From positions 28,921 through 92,920 of the forward strand of contig JAVBPV010000033.1 of assembly GCA_031549405.1 (NCBI GenBank): a stretch of DNA of 64,000 nucleotides. The letters run 5' to 3'. How positions within the stretch are numbered: position 1 is the first letter of the stretch; every line of letters starts with the position of its first letter. The position numbers and the translations under genes are program-made. This document shows positions 49,476 to 58,547 of this stretch, piece after piece. Origin of the DNA: Desulfovibrio sp. GTDB lineage: Bacteria > Desulfobacterota > Desulfovibrionia > Desulfovibrionales > Desulfovibrionaceae. The notes under the pieces are model-generated. The model was not told where the DNA came from. It did no database searches and saw only the letters and a list, made by a program, of their open reading frames with translations.

Positions 49476-51665
49476 ATGACAAACGCCACCACAGCCCTTC
49501 CTTCTTCACCTTCCAGCGCACAAGCCGCGCCCGACCCTTGCTGGTGGATGTGGGCGCTGCTCCTTATGCTTGCTTTCGCGGCCGCGCGGCTGTGGATCGC
49601 CGGGTCCGGGCAGCTTGACCTTGCCCAGGACGAGGCCCAGTACTGGGACTGGTCCCGCCGGGGGTTCGCGCTTTCCTACTACTCCAAGGGGCCGCTCATC
49701 GCCTGGATCATCGCCGCCGGGACAAAGCTGTTCGGCGACACCGAACTGGGCGTGCGCCTGTTCGCCGTGCTGAACAATCTGGCCGTGCAGGCCCTGCTGT
49801 ACGGCTGGCTGGGCGTTTTGCTGCGCCGTCCGCGTCTGGCCGTGGTGACCCTGTGCATCGCCAATACCGCGCCGCTCTTCATCGTCAGCGGCGTGCTTAT
49901 GACCACGGACAGCCCCCTGCTGCTTTGCTGGATCGCCGGACTGTTCTGCCTTACCGCCGTGACGGAGCGCCCGCACGCTTCCTGGCCTTTCTGGGGCCTG
50001 GGCGCGGCTGTCTGTTTGGGCGTTCTGGCAAAATACGCCATGCTGGCCTTTGTTATCCTGGCCCTGATCTATGCCTGGCGGCTGCGCGGCCGGGACATGC
50101 TGCCGCCGCACCGCATGCGCCCGCTGGTTCTGGCCCTTGCCCTGGGAGCGGGCCTGGGTTTTCTGCCCATCCTGGTCTGGAACGCCGGCAACGGTTTTGT
50201 CGCCTTTCGCCATGTGGCGGGCCTGGCAGCCAAAAGCGGCGGGCCTTCCGCCCCCTGGGCGGATCTGCCGGAATATCTCGGCGCGCAGGCCGGGCTGCTG
50301 CTGCCCTGGTGGCTGGGCTTCATGCTTTGGCACGGCTGGCGGCTCATGGCCCTGTGCCGGGCCTTTCCCGGACCCATTCTTCCCCGGGGCGGGCGGGGAC
50401 ATGAAGACGGCCCGCCGGCCGGGAAGGGGGGCTTTTTTTCGCGGCGGCGGGGCGGCGCGGGCGGAAAGGGCGGCAAGCCTCCCCGCGCCTGGCGTGTGCA
50501 TGCCGGGGGGGCGCGGCATTCTGATTTTTCCGGCGCGGGGGGCTTTGCGGATGGTAAAGAGAACCCGGACGCGCAAGGGCTTGCGGACGCGGAAGGAAGA
50601 GTATTGAAGGAGCGCGGAGCCGTTGCTTCCGCCAGGGATTGGAGCGTGCACCAGGGCGGCGCGCGCCGCGGCGCGGGGCTGGAAAAGCGCGCCGGACGGG
50701 GCGGGGAATCTTTTGAGGATTCCGCCGGGCGCGCGTTTCCGGGCGGCCCGCCACGGGCGGCGGAAGCCCGCGGCCTGGCCGGCGAAGGCCATTGCGGCGA
50801 CGAAAGCGCCGCCCCGGAAGCGGACTACCGCTTTTACCTTTTGCTCTGCCTTGGCTTTTGGCCGCTGTGGCTGTTTTTCCTGTTCTGGAGCGCTTCTTCC
50901 CGCGTTTATCCCAACTGGCCGGCCATGAGCTACGCCACAGGCCTTGTCATCGCGGCGCTGGGGGTTGAGCGGCTGTGGGAGGCGGCCCGGCGGGGGCGGC
51001 TGCGCAAGCCCTGGACCGGCAAACCCCTTATTATCGCCTGCGTCGCCCTTAGTCTGTTTGTCTGCCTGGGCATTCACGGCCAGCGGGCGCTGACGGCCCT
51101 TCTGCCGCTGCCGGAGTCCCTCAACCCCACAGTGCGCCTCAAGGGCTGGTCTGAACTGGGCAAAGATCTGGACCGCGTGCGCCAATCCATGCCCGACCCC
51201 GGCGCGGTGTTCTTTTTTTCCGATGCCTACGACGTCGCCGCCGCCCTGGCCTTTTACCTTCCGGGGCATCCCGTGGTCTACTGCGCCGACTTCGGCCGCC
51301 GGGCCAACCAGTATGACCTGTGGCCCGACCCCAACGGAGAAAAGCCCGCCCTGAATTTTTTCCATCCCAGCGACGAAGACCGGCACGAAGGGGACAAAAG
51401 CGCCGCAGTGGTCCGGGGCACGCCCTGGCGGCATCCGGAAGCCTTTCTGGCCGACAGGCCCGAAGCGACGCCGGACGCCATATACGTCACCCGCAAGCCC
51501 ATGAAGGCCCCGCCCCGCCAGCTTGCGGAAATGTTCCGCGACGCCTCGGCCCCGCCCGTGGCCCTGCAGACCGTCCACCAGGGCCAGAAGGGACGGAAGT
51601 TCGGCTACATGCCCCTGTACGGCTTCACCGGCGTGTGGCCCAAACCCCGCTGGGAACGATTTTAG
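49476..51665 (+). CDS. ArnT/PMT-like (GT-C) membrane glycosyltransferase with a long insertion
   Basis: QDEAQYWDWS, YYSKGPL, TTDSP and LAKY motifs; many TM helices. Confidence 0.85.
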   Translation: MTNATTALPSSPSSAQAAPDPCWWMWALLLMLAFAAARLWIAGSGQLDLAQDEAQYWDWSRRGFALSYYSKGPLIAWIIAAGTKLFGDTELGVRLFAVLNNLAVQALLYGWLGVLLRRPRLAVVTLCIANTAPLFIVSGVLMTTDSPLLLCWIAGLFCLTAVTERPHASWPFWGLGAAVCLGVLAKYAMLAFVILALIYAWRLRGRDMLPPHRMRPLVLALALGAGLGFLPILVWNAGNGFVAFRHVAGLAAKSGGPSAPWADLPEYLGAQAGLLLPWWLGFMLWHGWRLMALCRAFPGPILPRGGRGHEDGPPAGKGGFFSRRRGGAGGKGGKPPRAWRVHAGGARHSDFSGAGGFADGKENPDAQGLADAEGRVLKERGAVASARDWSVHQGGARRGAGLEKRAGRGGESFEDSAGRAFPGGPPRAAEARGLAGEGHCGDESAAPEADYRFYLLLCLGFWPLWLFFLFWSASSRVYPNWPAMSYATGLVIAALGVERLWEAARRGRLRKPWTGKPLIIACVALSLFVCLGIHGQRALTALLPLPESLNPTVRLKGWSELGKDLDRVRQSMPDPGAVFFFSDAYDVAAALAFYLPGHPVVYCADFGRRANQYDLWPDPNGEKPALNFFHPSDEDRHEGDKSAAVVRGTPWRHPEAFLADRPEATPDAIYVTRKPMKAPPRQLAEMFRDASAPPVALQTVHQGQKGRKFGYMPLYGFTGVWPKPRWERF

Positions 51666-51775
51666 AGCAACTGAACGTTCTCAATGGTAATTCATCCTGG
51701 GCAGTGCAGCCACGAGATTTAAGGGGCCGCGCCCGTGGCTTGCTTGTCCGCCAGGATGTTTCGGAGCCGCATTGC

Positions 51776-52534
51776 ATGAGTGTTCCCTATAACTTTGTAT
51801 CCCCGCCTGAATGCCCCCTGCCCAGGGGCGAGGACTTGTGCCGCCTGTGCGCGCAAGGTGGGGGCTGCTGCTGCGGCACCGACCCGGCGGTGGCGCATCT
51901 GTGCTTTCCCCTTTCCCCGCCGGAATGGCGGCGGCTGCTTCCGTACGCGCATCTTGCCACGCAAACGCCTTTTTCCCGCAAAAAGGCCTTCGCGGCGGAG
52001 GAAAAACGCCTGCGCTTCGACCTTGCCCCGCATCCCGAAACGGCGGAATTCTCCACGCGGGAAGAGCCCGGGCAAAACTCCGCCGACGGGCGCAAAAGCG
52101 CCAATGCCGATCCCTCTTCCAACCCTTCCTTCCTCACCCCCCCCGCCGGGGGCGACGCGGTGTGCGTGGAAGAGGATAATTCGCCGGGCTTCACGGCGGC
52201 CATGCGCCGGCTGTTCCCCGGCGGCGGAAAGCGGGTGGGCGAACTGTTTCCGGAAGGCGGGCGGCACCTGCGTCTGCGCACCAGGGCGGACGGCTCCTGC
52301 GTTTTCTGGGGAAGCGAAGGATGCCGTTTGCCAAGGCGGGCGCGCCCGTGGTATTGTCTTTTGTTCCCCGGATGGGTCCAGGGAACTTCGGTCACGCTGT
52401 TCACGTCCGAGGGCTGCCTCATCTCGGGGCGGGCCGCCGGTCCGGCCCACGGTCTGGCCCTGATGAACGTGGGGGCCGAGGATATCCGCGCCCTGCACGC
52501 CCGGCTGTGCCGCGACTGGGGGCTGGGCGGGTAG
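51776..52534 (+). CDS. YkgJ-like zinc/iron-chelating cysteine-cluster protein
   Basis: CRLC...CCC and CVF....GC......RP..C..FP pattern; start uncertain. Confidence 0.75.
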   Translation: MSVPYNFVSPPECPLPRGEDLCRLCAQGGGCCCGTDPAVAHLCFPLSPPEWRRLLPYAHLATQTPFSRKKAFAAEEKRLRFDLAPHPETAEFSTREEPGQNSADGRKSANADPSSNPSFLTPPAGGDAVCVEEDNSPGFTAAMRRLFPGGGKRVGELFPEGGRHLRLRTRADGSCVFWGSEGCRLPRRARPWYCLLFPGWVQGTSVTLFTSEGCLISGRAAGPAHGLALMNVGAEDIRALHARLCRDWGLGG

Positions 52535-52621
52535 CCTGCCTCACGGTTGTTCACGGCGGGCCCCGCGCCAATGCGCTGTTTTCTTTTTACCAACCCGCAC
52601 AATTCCTACAATCGTCCGTCT

Positions 52622-55090
52622 ATGAAACGTATCTTTTTTTACCTACTGTTAAGCCTGACCACGCTGGGCATCATCGGTGCGGGAGCGGCCTTCGGCCTGT
52701 TCGTCTGGGTTTCCAAGGGCCTGCCCAGCGTCACCGCGATAAGCGATTTTCACCTGCCGCAAACCACCACGGTTTACGCCCGCGACAAGACCATCATCGG
52801 GTATTTTTCCAAGGAAAAGCGCTTTCTGGTAAACCTGGACAACATGGCCCCGCACCTGCCCTGGGCGTTTCTGGCCATGGAGGATTCGCGTTTTTACGAG
52901 CATTCTGGGGTGGACCCCGTGGCCATCGTCCGCGCTTTTATGGCCAACCTGCGCACGGGCAGGCACGGCCAGGGCGGCAGCACCATCACCCAGCAACTGG
53001 TCAAGCGCATGCTGCTCAAGGACAGTTCCAAAAGCTACATCCGCAAGCTTAAGGAAGCCATTCTGGCCTACCGGCTGGAAAAGCACCTGACCAAAAATGA
53101 AATCCTTTACCTGTATCTGAACGAAATTTACCTGGGCAACAGCGCCTACGGGGTAGAGGCGGCGGCGCGCACCTATTTCGCCAAGCACGCCAAGGATCTC
53201 ACCCTGGCCGAGTGCGCCGTGTTGGGCGGGCTGCCGCAGGCTCCTTCGGAAAACAATCCCTATTCCCAGCCGGTGAACACGCGCAACCGGCAGCTTTTGG
53301 TGCTGGGCCGCATGCTTGATATGGGTTTCATCACCAAAGAGCAGCATGACGCCGCCGTGAACGAGCCCCTGAACTACAGGCGCATGCCCGATCCGTCCTG
53401 GTCGGTGGGGTCCTGGTATCTTGAGGAAGTGCGCCGCCAGAGCATAGCCATGTTCTCCAAGGAGAACGTGGAAGCCAAGGGAATCCCCCTTACCCTGTAC
53501 GGCGAGGACGCCATCTACGAAGGCGGCCTGCATATTTACACCGCCATGGACACCTTTCATCAGCGCGCGGCGGAAATAGCCCTGCGCGCCGGTCTGTACG
53601 ACGCCTGCAAGCGCCGGGGCTGGCGCGGCCCTGTCGAAAACCTTGCCGCGCCGCAGCAGGCGGAGTTCCTCAAGCACAAGTTCTCGCCGGCGGATCTGGA
53701 CAACGCGGGCTGGGCCAAGGCCCTGGTGGTTTCCGTGAGCAAGGACGGGGCCGACGTGCGCATGGGCGGCTACAAAGGCCATATCAAGGTGGCCACCATG
53801 GGCTGGTGCCGCACGCCCAACACCAACATTTCGCCCGAGGCGGCGGGGCAGGTGCGCGACGCGACCCGCGTGCTGGCCCCCGGCGACGTGGTCTGGGTTT
53901 CCGCCGTGGGAGCTTACGGCGTCGCCAACCCGGTCGGCGTTCCCGCCTCCCCCGACGACAAGCGTAATCCTGTGCCCCGGTATTCTCCGGCGGGCATAAC
54001 CAAGGACACGGTCATCCCCCTGGTTCTGGAACAACTGCCCGACCTGCAGGGCGCGGTGGCCTCCATTGATGTGGCCAGCGGCGATCTGGTGGCCCTTGTG
54101 GGCGGGTACGAGTTTTCTTCGGCCAACTCCTTCAACCGCGCAACGCAGGCGGTGCGCCAGCCGGGTTCCTCCTTCAAGCCCATTGTCTATTCCGCCGCGC
54201 TGGACAGCGGCTTTACCGCGGGTTCCATCGTGCTGGACGCTCCCTTTGTGCTGCCTTCCAACACCGGCAGCAAGACCTGGAAGCCCGGCAACTTTGACGG
54301 CAAGTTCCTGGGGCCCATCCTGCTGCGCACGGCCCTGGCGAAATCGCGCAACGCCTGCACCGTGCGCGTGGCCCAGCAGGTGGGCATGAACGCCATTGTG
54401 GAGCGCGCCAAGGCCCTGGGCGTTCCCGGCGAGATTCCGCCGGTTCTGGCCATAAGCCTGGGCAGCTACGAGGCCTCGCCCCTGACCATGGCCGAGGTGT
54501 ATACCGCCTTTGCCAACCAGGGGACGCGCATCACGCCGCGCATTATCACCGAGGTGCGCAACAGCTGGCGTGAGCCCATCCTGTACTTTGAGCCGGGAAA
54601 GACCGAGGCCATCACCCCGCAAAACGCCTACATCATGGCCTCGTTGCTCAAGGAAGTGGTCAACGCGGGCACGGCCGCCAAGGCCTCCGTTCTGCGCCGC
54701 CCCGTGGCGGGCAAGACGGGCACCTCCAACGACGAACGCGACGCCTGGTTCATCGGCTTCTCGCCCTATATCGTCACCAGCGTGTACGTGGGCTATGACG
54801 ACAACAGCCCCATGGGCCGCATGGAAACCGGGGGCCGCGCCTCCCTGCCCATTTTCATCAAGTACCGGCAGCTTATCGATCCTCTGTACCCGCCTTCGGA
54901 TTTTTCCGTGCCGCCCGGCATCACCATGGCCCGCATCGACGCCCACACCGGCTATATTGCCGGACCGGACTCGACGGAAGCCTACAATCTGCCCTTTATA
55001 ACCGGAACCGTGCCCCAGATAGTCTCCGGGCAGCCCCTGCAAAAAGGCGACGACGACGTGCAAAGCGGCGTGGATTTGTTCAAGCAGTAA
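52622..55090 (+). CDS. mrcA: Penicillin-binding protein 1A
   Basis: Transglycosylase motifs EDSRFYEHSG, GGSTITQQ and RKLKE; transpeptidase motifs SSFK, SRN and KTG. Confidence 0.95.
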   Translation: MKRIFFYLLLSLTTLGIIGAGAAFGLFVWVSKGLPSVTAISDFHLPQTTTVYARDKTIIGYFSKEKRFLVNLDNMAPHLPWAFLAMEDSRFYEHSGVDPVAIVRAFMANLRTGRHGQGGSTITQQLVKRMLLKDSSKSYIRKLKEAILAYRLEKHLTKNEILYLYLNEIYLGNSAYGVEAAARTYFAKHAKDLTLAECAVLGGLPQAPSENNPYSQPVNTRNRQLLVLGRMLDMGFITKEQHDAAVNEPLNYRRMPDPSWSVGSWYLEEVRRQSIAMFSKENVEAKGIPLTLYGEDAIYEGGLHIYTAMDTFHQRAAEIALRAGLYDACKRRGWRGPVENLAAPQQAEFLKHKFSPADLDNAGWAKALVVSVSKDGADVRMGGYKGHIKVATMGWCRTPNTNISPEAAGQVRDATRVLAPGDVVWVSAVGAYGVANPVGVPASPDDKRNPVPRYSPAGITKDTVIPLVLEQLPDLQGAVASIDVASGDLVALVGGYEFSSANSFNRATQAVRQPGSSFKPIVYSAALDSGFTAGSIVLDAPFVLPSNTGSKTWKPGNFDGKFLGPILLRTALAKSRNACTVRVAQQVGMNAIVERAKALGVPGEIPPVLAISLGSYEASPLTMAEVYTAFANQGTRITPRIITEVRNSWREPILYFEPGKTEAITPQNAYIMASLLKEVVNAGTAAKASVLRRPVAGKTGTSNDERDAWFIGFSPYIVTSVYVGYDDNSPMGRMETGGRASLPIFIKYRQLIDPLYPPSDFSVPPGITMARIDAHTGYIAGPDSTEAYNLPFITGTVPQIVSGQPLQKGDDDVQSGVDLFKQ

Positions 55091-55097
55091 GGAAAAA

Positions 55098-55126
55098 TTG
55101 TTTTTTTATGGGCGGCGGTGTAGGAT
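55098..55126 (+). promoter_or_regulatory. Possible sigma-70 promoter for the serine hydrolase
   Basis: TTGTTT-N17-TAGGAT. Confidence 0.4.
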
Positions 55127-55165
55127 AGCGAAAAAAACACACCGGCCCGTAAAAGGAGATCCCCT

Positions 55166-56563
55166 ATGCCCGAGCAAATCTCTTTGTGCCAGGCTGCGTT
55201 GCCCGTTCTGCTCGCGGCGGCGCTGGGGCTTTGTCTTGGAATGCCGTCGGGCGCGCGGGCGGCCTGCCCGGACGGGGTGACTCCCGACCCTCTGAAGATT
55301 CTTTCGTGGAGTCCCGCCGAGCAGTTGTGCGGCTACCGCCGCATGAACGAGCTGTGGCCCGCCGCCAGGGCGGGCAAGGCGGGGGTTTCCTCCCCCCTGC
55401 CCGCCGGGCGGTCTTTGGCGGCGGAGGCGGCGGCGCGGAAAAAGGTGCGGGAATTCATGCGCGGCAACGGCGTATGGGGGCTGCTGGTGCTGCGCGGGGG
55501 GACTGTAGTGCTGGAGGAATACCGGGAGCCTTTCGGCCCCGGCCAGCTCTGGACTTCTTTTTCCATGGCCAAAACCATTACTTCTCTGCTGGTGGGCGCG
55601 GCCTTACAGGACGGGGCCATCAAAAGCCTGGACGACCCCGTGACCCGCTACCTGCCGGAGCTGGAACGCCTTGCGGAGAAAAGCCCCCCCGCGGGCGGGG
55701 CCTATGCCGGAGTGACCGTGCGCGAGCTTTTAAGCATGACCTCCGGCGCGGCCTGGAACGAAGACTACACCGCCCCCTGTTCCGACGTGGCCAGACTGGC
55801 GGATCTGGCCAACACCACGGAGCCGGTCTTTTTGCGCTACATGGCGAATCTGCCCCGCCGGGCCGCTCCGGGGACGCTTTTCAACTACAGCACGGGCGAA
55901 GCCGGGCTGATCGGGCATCTGCTGCGCCGGGCCACGGGCAAGGGGCTGGCGGAGTACCTGGAGGAAAAAATATGGCGGCCCATGGGCATGGAAGACGACG
56001 CCTGGTGGAATACCGACAAGGCCGGGGCGGAAGTCAGCGGCTGCTGCTTCAACGCCTCCCTGCGCGACTACGGCCGGCTGGGCCTGTTCATGCTGGCGGA
56101 ATTCCGGGCCGGGGCCGGAAAAACAACCACGCACGAAAAGAAGACGGCCCACGCGCGGTACGACACGCCGCATGACGCGCCGGAAGGGCAAAATGCGGGC
56201 GCGGGAACGGGCGCGGGCGGTTCTTCCGCTGTGTTGCAACGCGAGGCGGACGGGGGGCGCTCCGCTTCCATCGCGGAGCGTGTGGCCCTGGAGCCGGTTC
56301 TGGCAAAGGGGTATCTGCGCAAGGCCGCCGAGGCCACCATGGCATCCCTTGCCTCCGGGCGCATGTACGGTTATCAGATATGGGTGCGCGAGGGCGGGGC
56401 CTTTCAGGCCAGCGGCATCTTCGGCCAGCTTGTGCACGTGGACCCCGGGCGGGACATGGTCACCGTCATGCTCAGCGCCTGGGACAGGCCCATTGCCGAT
56501 GAAAAGACCTACGGGAAAAGGGCCGAGTTTGTGGGTTGGCTGAAGAAAGAGGCGGGGCGTTAA
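55166..56563 (+). CDS. Exported beta-lactamase-family serine hydrolase
   Basis: Signal peptide; SFSMAKT (SxxK), LLSMTSG, FNYST and GIFGQ; AAGGAG RBS. Confidence 0.88.
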   Translation: MPEQISLCQAALPVLLAAALGLCLGMPSGARAACPDGVTPDPLKILSWSPAEQLCGYRRMNELWPAARAGKAGVSSPLPAGRSLAAEAAARKKVREFMRGNGVWGLLVLRGGTVVLEEYREPFGPGQLWTSFSMAKTITSLLVGAALQDGAIKSLDDPVTRYLPELERLAEKSPPAGGAYAGVTVRELLSMTSGAAWNEDYTAPCSDVARLADLANTTEPVFLRYMANLPRRAAPGTLFNYSTGEAGLIGHLLRRATGKGLAEYLEEKIWRPMGMEDDAWWNTDKAGAEVSGCCFNASLRDYGRLGLFMLAEFRAGAGKTTTHEKKTAHARYDTPHDAPEGQNAGAGTGAGGSSAVLQREADGGRSASIAERVALEPVLAKGYLRKAAEATMASLASGRMYGYQIWVREGGAFQASGIFGQLVHVDPGRDMVTVMLSAWDRPIADEKTYGKRAEFVGWLKKEAGR

Positions 56564-58521
56564 CGCAGCCGCAGCAGGCCGCGCATGCGCATACGCATTT
56601 CAAACGCGCCGGGTGCGGGGTGCTTTTCGGCAAGCTCCCGCAGCGTCCGGATGTTTCGTTCCGCTCCAAAATTTTTCCGGCACCAGACCGCCGCAGCCCT
56701 GGCCTTGGCGGATCGTTCTTCGGGCGAGTGCAGTACCCGCCGCAGGGTTTCCTGCCAACCCTGCGGCGAGGCTTCGGCAACATATGCCAGCCACGCAAAA
56801 TTGTCACCGCTCAAGGGGGCCTGCTCCGTCACCAGAATCGCCCCGGCCAGTGACGCGCTCATCAAGGCCAGAGGGGAGCGGCACAGCCCGGCCTGAGAGG
56901 AAGGCGGAACATCCAGCAGGGCGTCGGGGGAGAAAGCGGCCAGTGTTCGCACATATGCGGGGTAGTCGGCCGGTTCGTCGAACGAAGTTACCTCTGTATG
57001 CTTCAGGAATTTGCCAATCCGTTCCGCAAGAGAGGCGGGGCACAACAGAGACAGCCGGGTTTCTTCGGAAAGTCTGCGCAGGGCCGGGTAGACTTTTTGC
57101 AAAAAGGCGTCGCTCTCCGCATGTTCCGGGAGGGCGATTCGCAGTTCGTTGGCGGAGGCGCTTTCACGCGCTGGCCCTTCGACGAGATCCGCCCGGTACA
57201 CCGGTGGCAATATCAAGATATTCGGGTGCAGCCCTTTGTCCGCATAAAAGTCCGCGCGCTCCCGCGAAGGGACTATCATGCCGGAAAATATGGCCAAAGT
57301 GTCGCACAACGCCTTGGGCGCGTCGGCGGCCAGCATTTTCATGATGGACTCATCCGCGTCGAGATAGTACGCGGGAATGCCGCAACCGTGGGCGACTTGG
57401 GCAATCTTCAGCAGTTCCATGCCGCCCAGGGCGTGGCTGAGCGCCACGTATCCGCTGGCTAACATCATTTCAGGCCTGACGGCGTATTCCGCGGGGTGGG
57501 TATGGAAAAAGCCGGGGGCATCTTTTCCCAGGCCGTCAAAGGGCGTATAAGTGGAGGGGGCCGCTCCGATGGGCGTGATATGCAGACCAGCGCCTTTTTC
57601 GTTGAAGGCGTAACCTTCCTGTATGACCGGTGTATACCAGAACCGTTGCCCGTAATCACGGCGCATATGGCCGGCGTAAGCGTCCAGAGCTTCCCGGCTG
57701 AGCCCCTCAGGCAGGGAAAAGACGTCGTAGTCCATCAGCGCTTCAGTTGATAGCTGCTCTGTCCTTTCCGAATCCATGCGGGCGAATACCGTCAGCATGT
57801 CCAGCTCAAAGGTGCGCGCCAGCGTGCCTTCGGCTACGCCGCCCCCCTCGTAGCCCACGTATACGTCCACGCAGGCCAGCGCGGCCCGTTCGCGGATGCG
57901 GCGCAGCAAATCCCAATCACACAGGCGGATAAGGGACACGTGCGGGTCGTAGTGCCCTATGGTTTCGAAAATGTCCCGGTGCAGCAGCAGGCAATGGTGC
58001 AGAAGGAAATTGCAGATGCGCAGGTCCGCCAGCGCGCGCGGACTGATATTGTACCCGATATTGACCATGTGTCCGGCCGCGTTGACGGTGGAGCCGTAGC
58101 CGACAACGGCTTTTGCTCCGCGTTCTTCCGCGGCCCGCAGCAGTAGGGAAAAAGCGTCGGGCTCAAAGGTGCAGTCGTCAAAGGCGTGGCCGAAGTAGTC
58201 GGCCGTGGCGCGGCGGTAAGACTCGTACGAACTGACGGCGGGCAGGCCCACATTGCGCGGATGCCGGATGCAGGAGACGCGCCCGTCGGCCTTCATGTAT
58301 TCCTTGATGCGGTCAAAGGTGCCGTCCGTGGAGCCGTCGTCCACGATGATCAGCTCAAAGTCGGTAAAGCTCTGGGCCAGGACGGAATCCACACAACGCT
58401 CAAACAGGCCGCAGGCAAGCCGCCGGTAGGTGGGAAGCGTGATGCAGAGTTTTGCCGGCTTTTTCCCGTAGCCGCTTCCCGGAAGCCAGATGGAATCCCG
58501 TATCAGGTCTTTTACGAGCAT
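56560..58521 (-). CDS. GT2 glycosyltransferase with an additional C-terminal GT-B-like region
   Basis: LPTY, SVLAQSFTDFELIIVDDGSTD, FDD and CDWDL motifs; C-terminal assignment tentative. Confidence 0.85.
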   Translation of the reverse strand: MLVKDLIRDSIWLPGSGYGKKPAKLCITLPTYRRLACGLFERCVDSVLAQSFTDFELIIVDDGSTDGTFDRIKEYMKADGRVSCIRHPRNVGLPAVSSYESYRRATADYFGHAFDDCTFEPDAFSLLLRAAEERGAKAVVGYGSTVNAAGHMVNIGYNISPRALADLRICNFLLHHCLLLHRDIFETIGHYDPHVSLIRLCDWDLLRRIRERAALACVDVYVGYEGGGVAEGTLARTFELDMLTVFARMDSERTEQLSTEALMDYDVFSLPEGLSREALDAYAGHMRRDYGQRFWYTPVIQEGYAFNEKGAGLHITPIGAAPSTYTPFDGLGKDAPGFFHTHPAEYAVRPEMMLASGYVALSHALGGMELLKIAQVAHGCGIPAYYLDADESIMKMLAADAPKALCDTLAIFSGMIVPSRERADFYADKGLHPNILILPPVYRADLVEGPARESASANELRIALPEHAESDAFLQKVYPALRRLSEETRLSLLCPASLAERIGKFLKHTEVTSFDEPADYPAYVRTLAAFSPDALLDVPPSSQAGLCRSPLALMSASLAGAILVTEQAPLSGDNFAWLAYVAEASPQGWQETLRRVLHSPEERSAKARAAAVWCRKNFGAERNIRTLRELAEKHPAPGAFEMRMRMRGLLRLR

Positions 58522-58547
58522 GATCCGTCCTTTTATCCGACGTTTTT

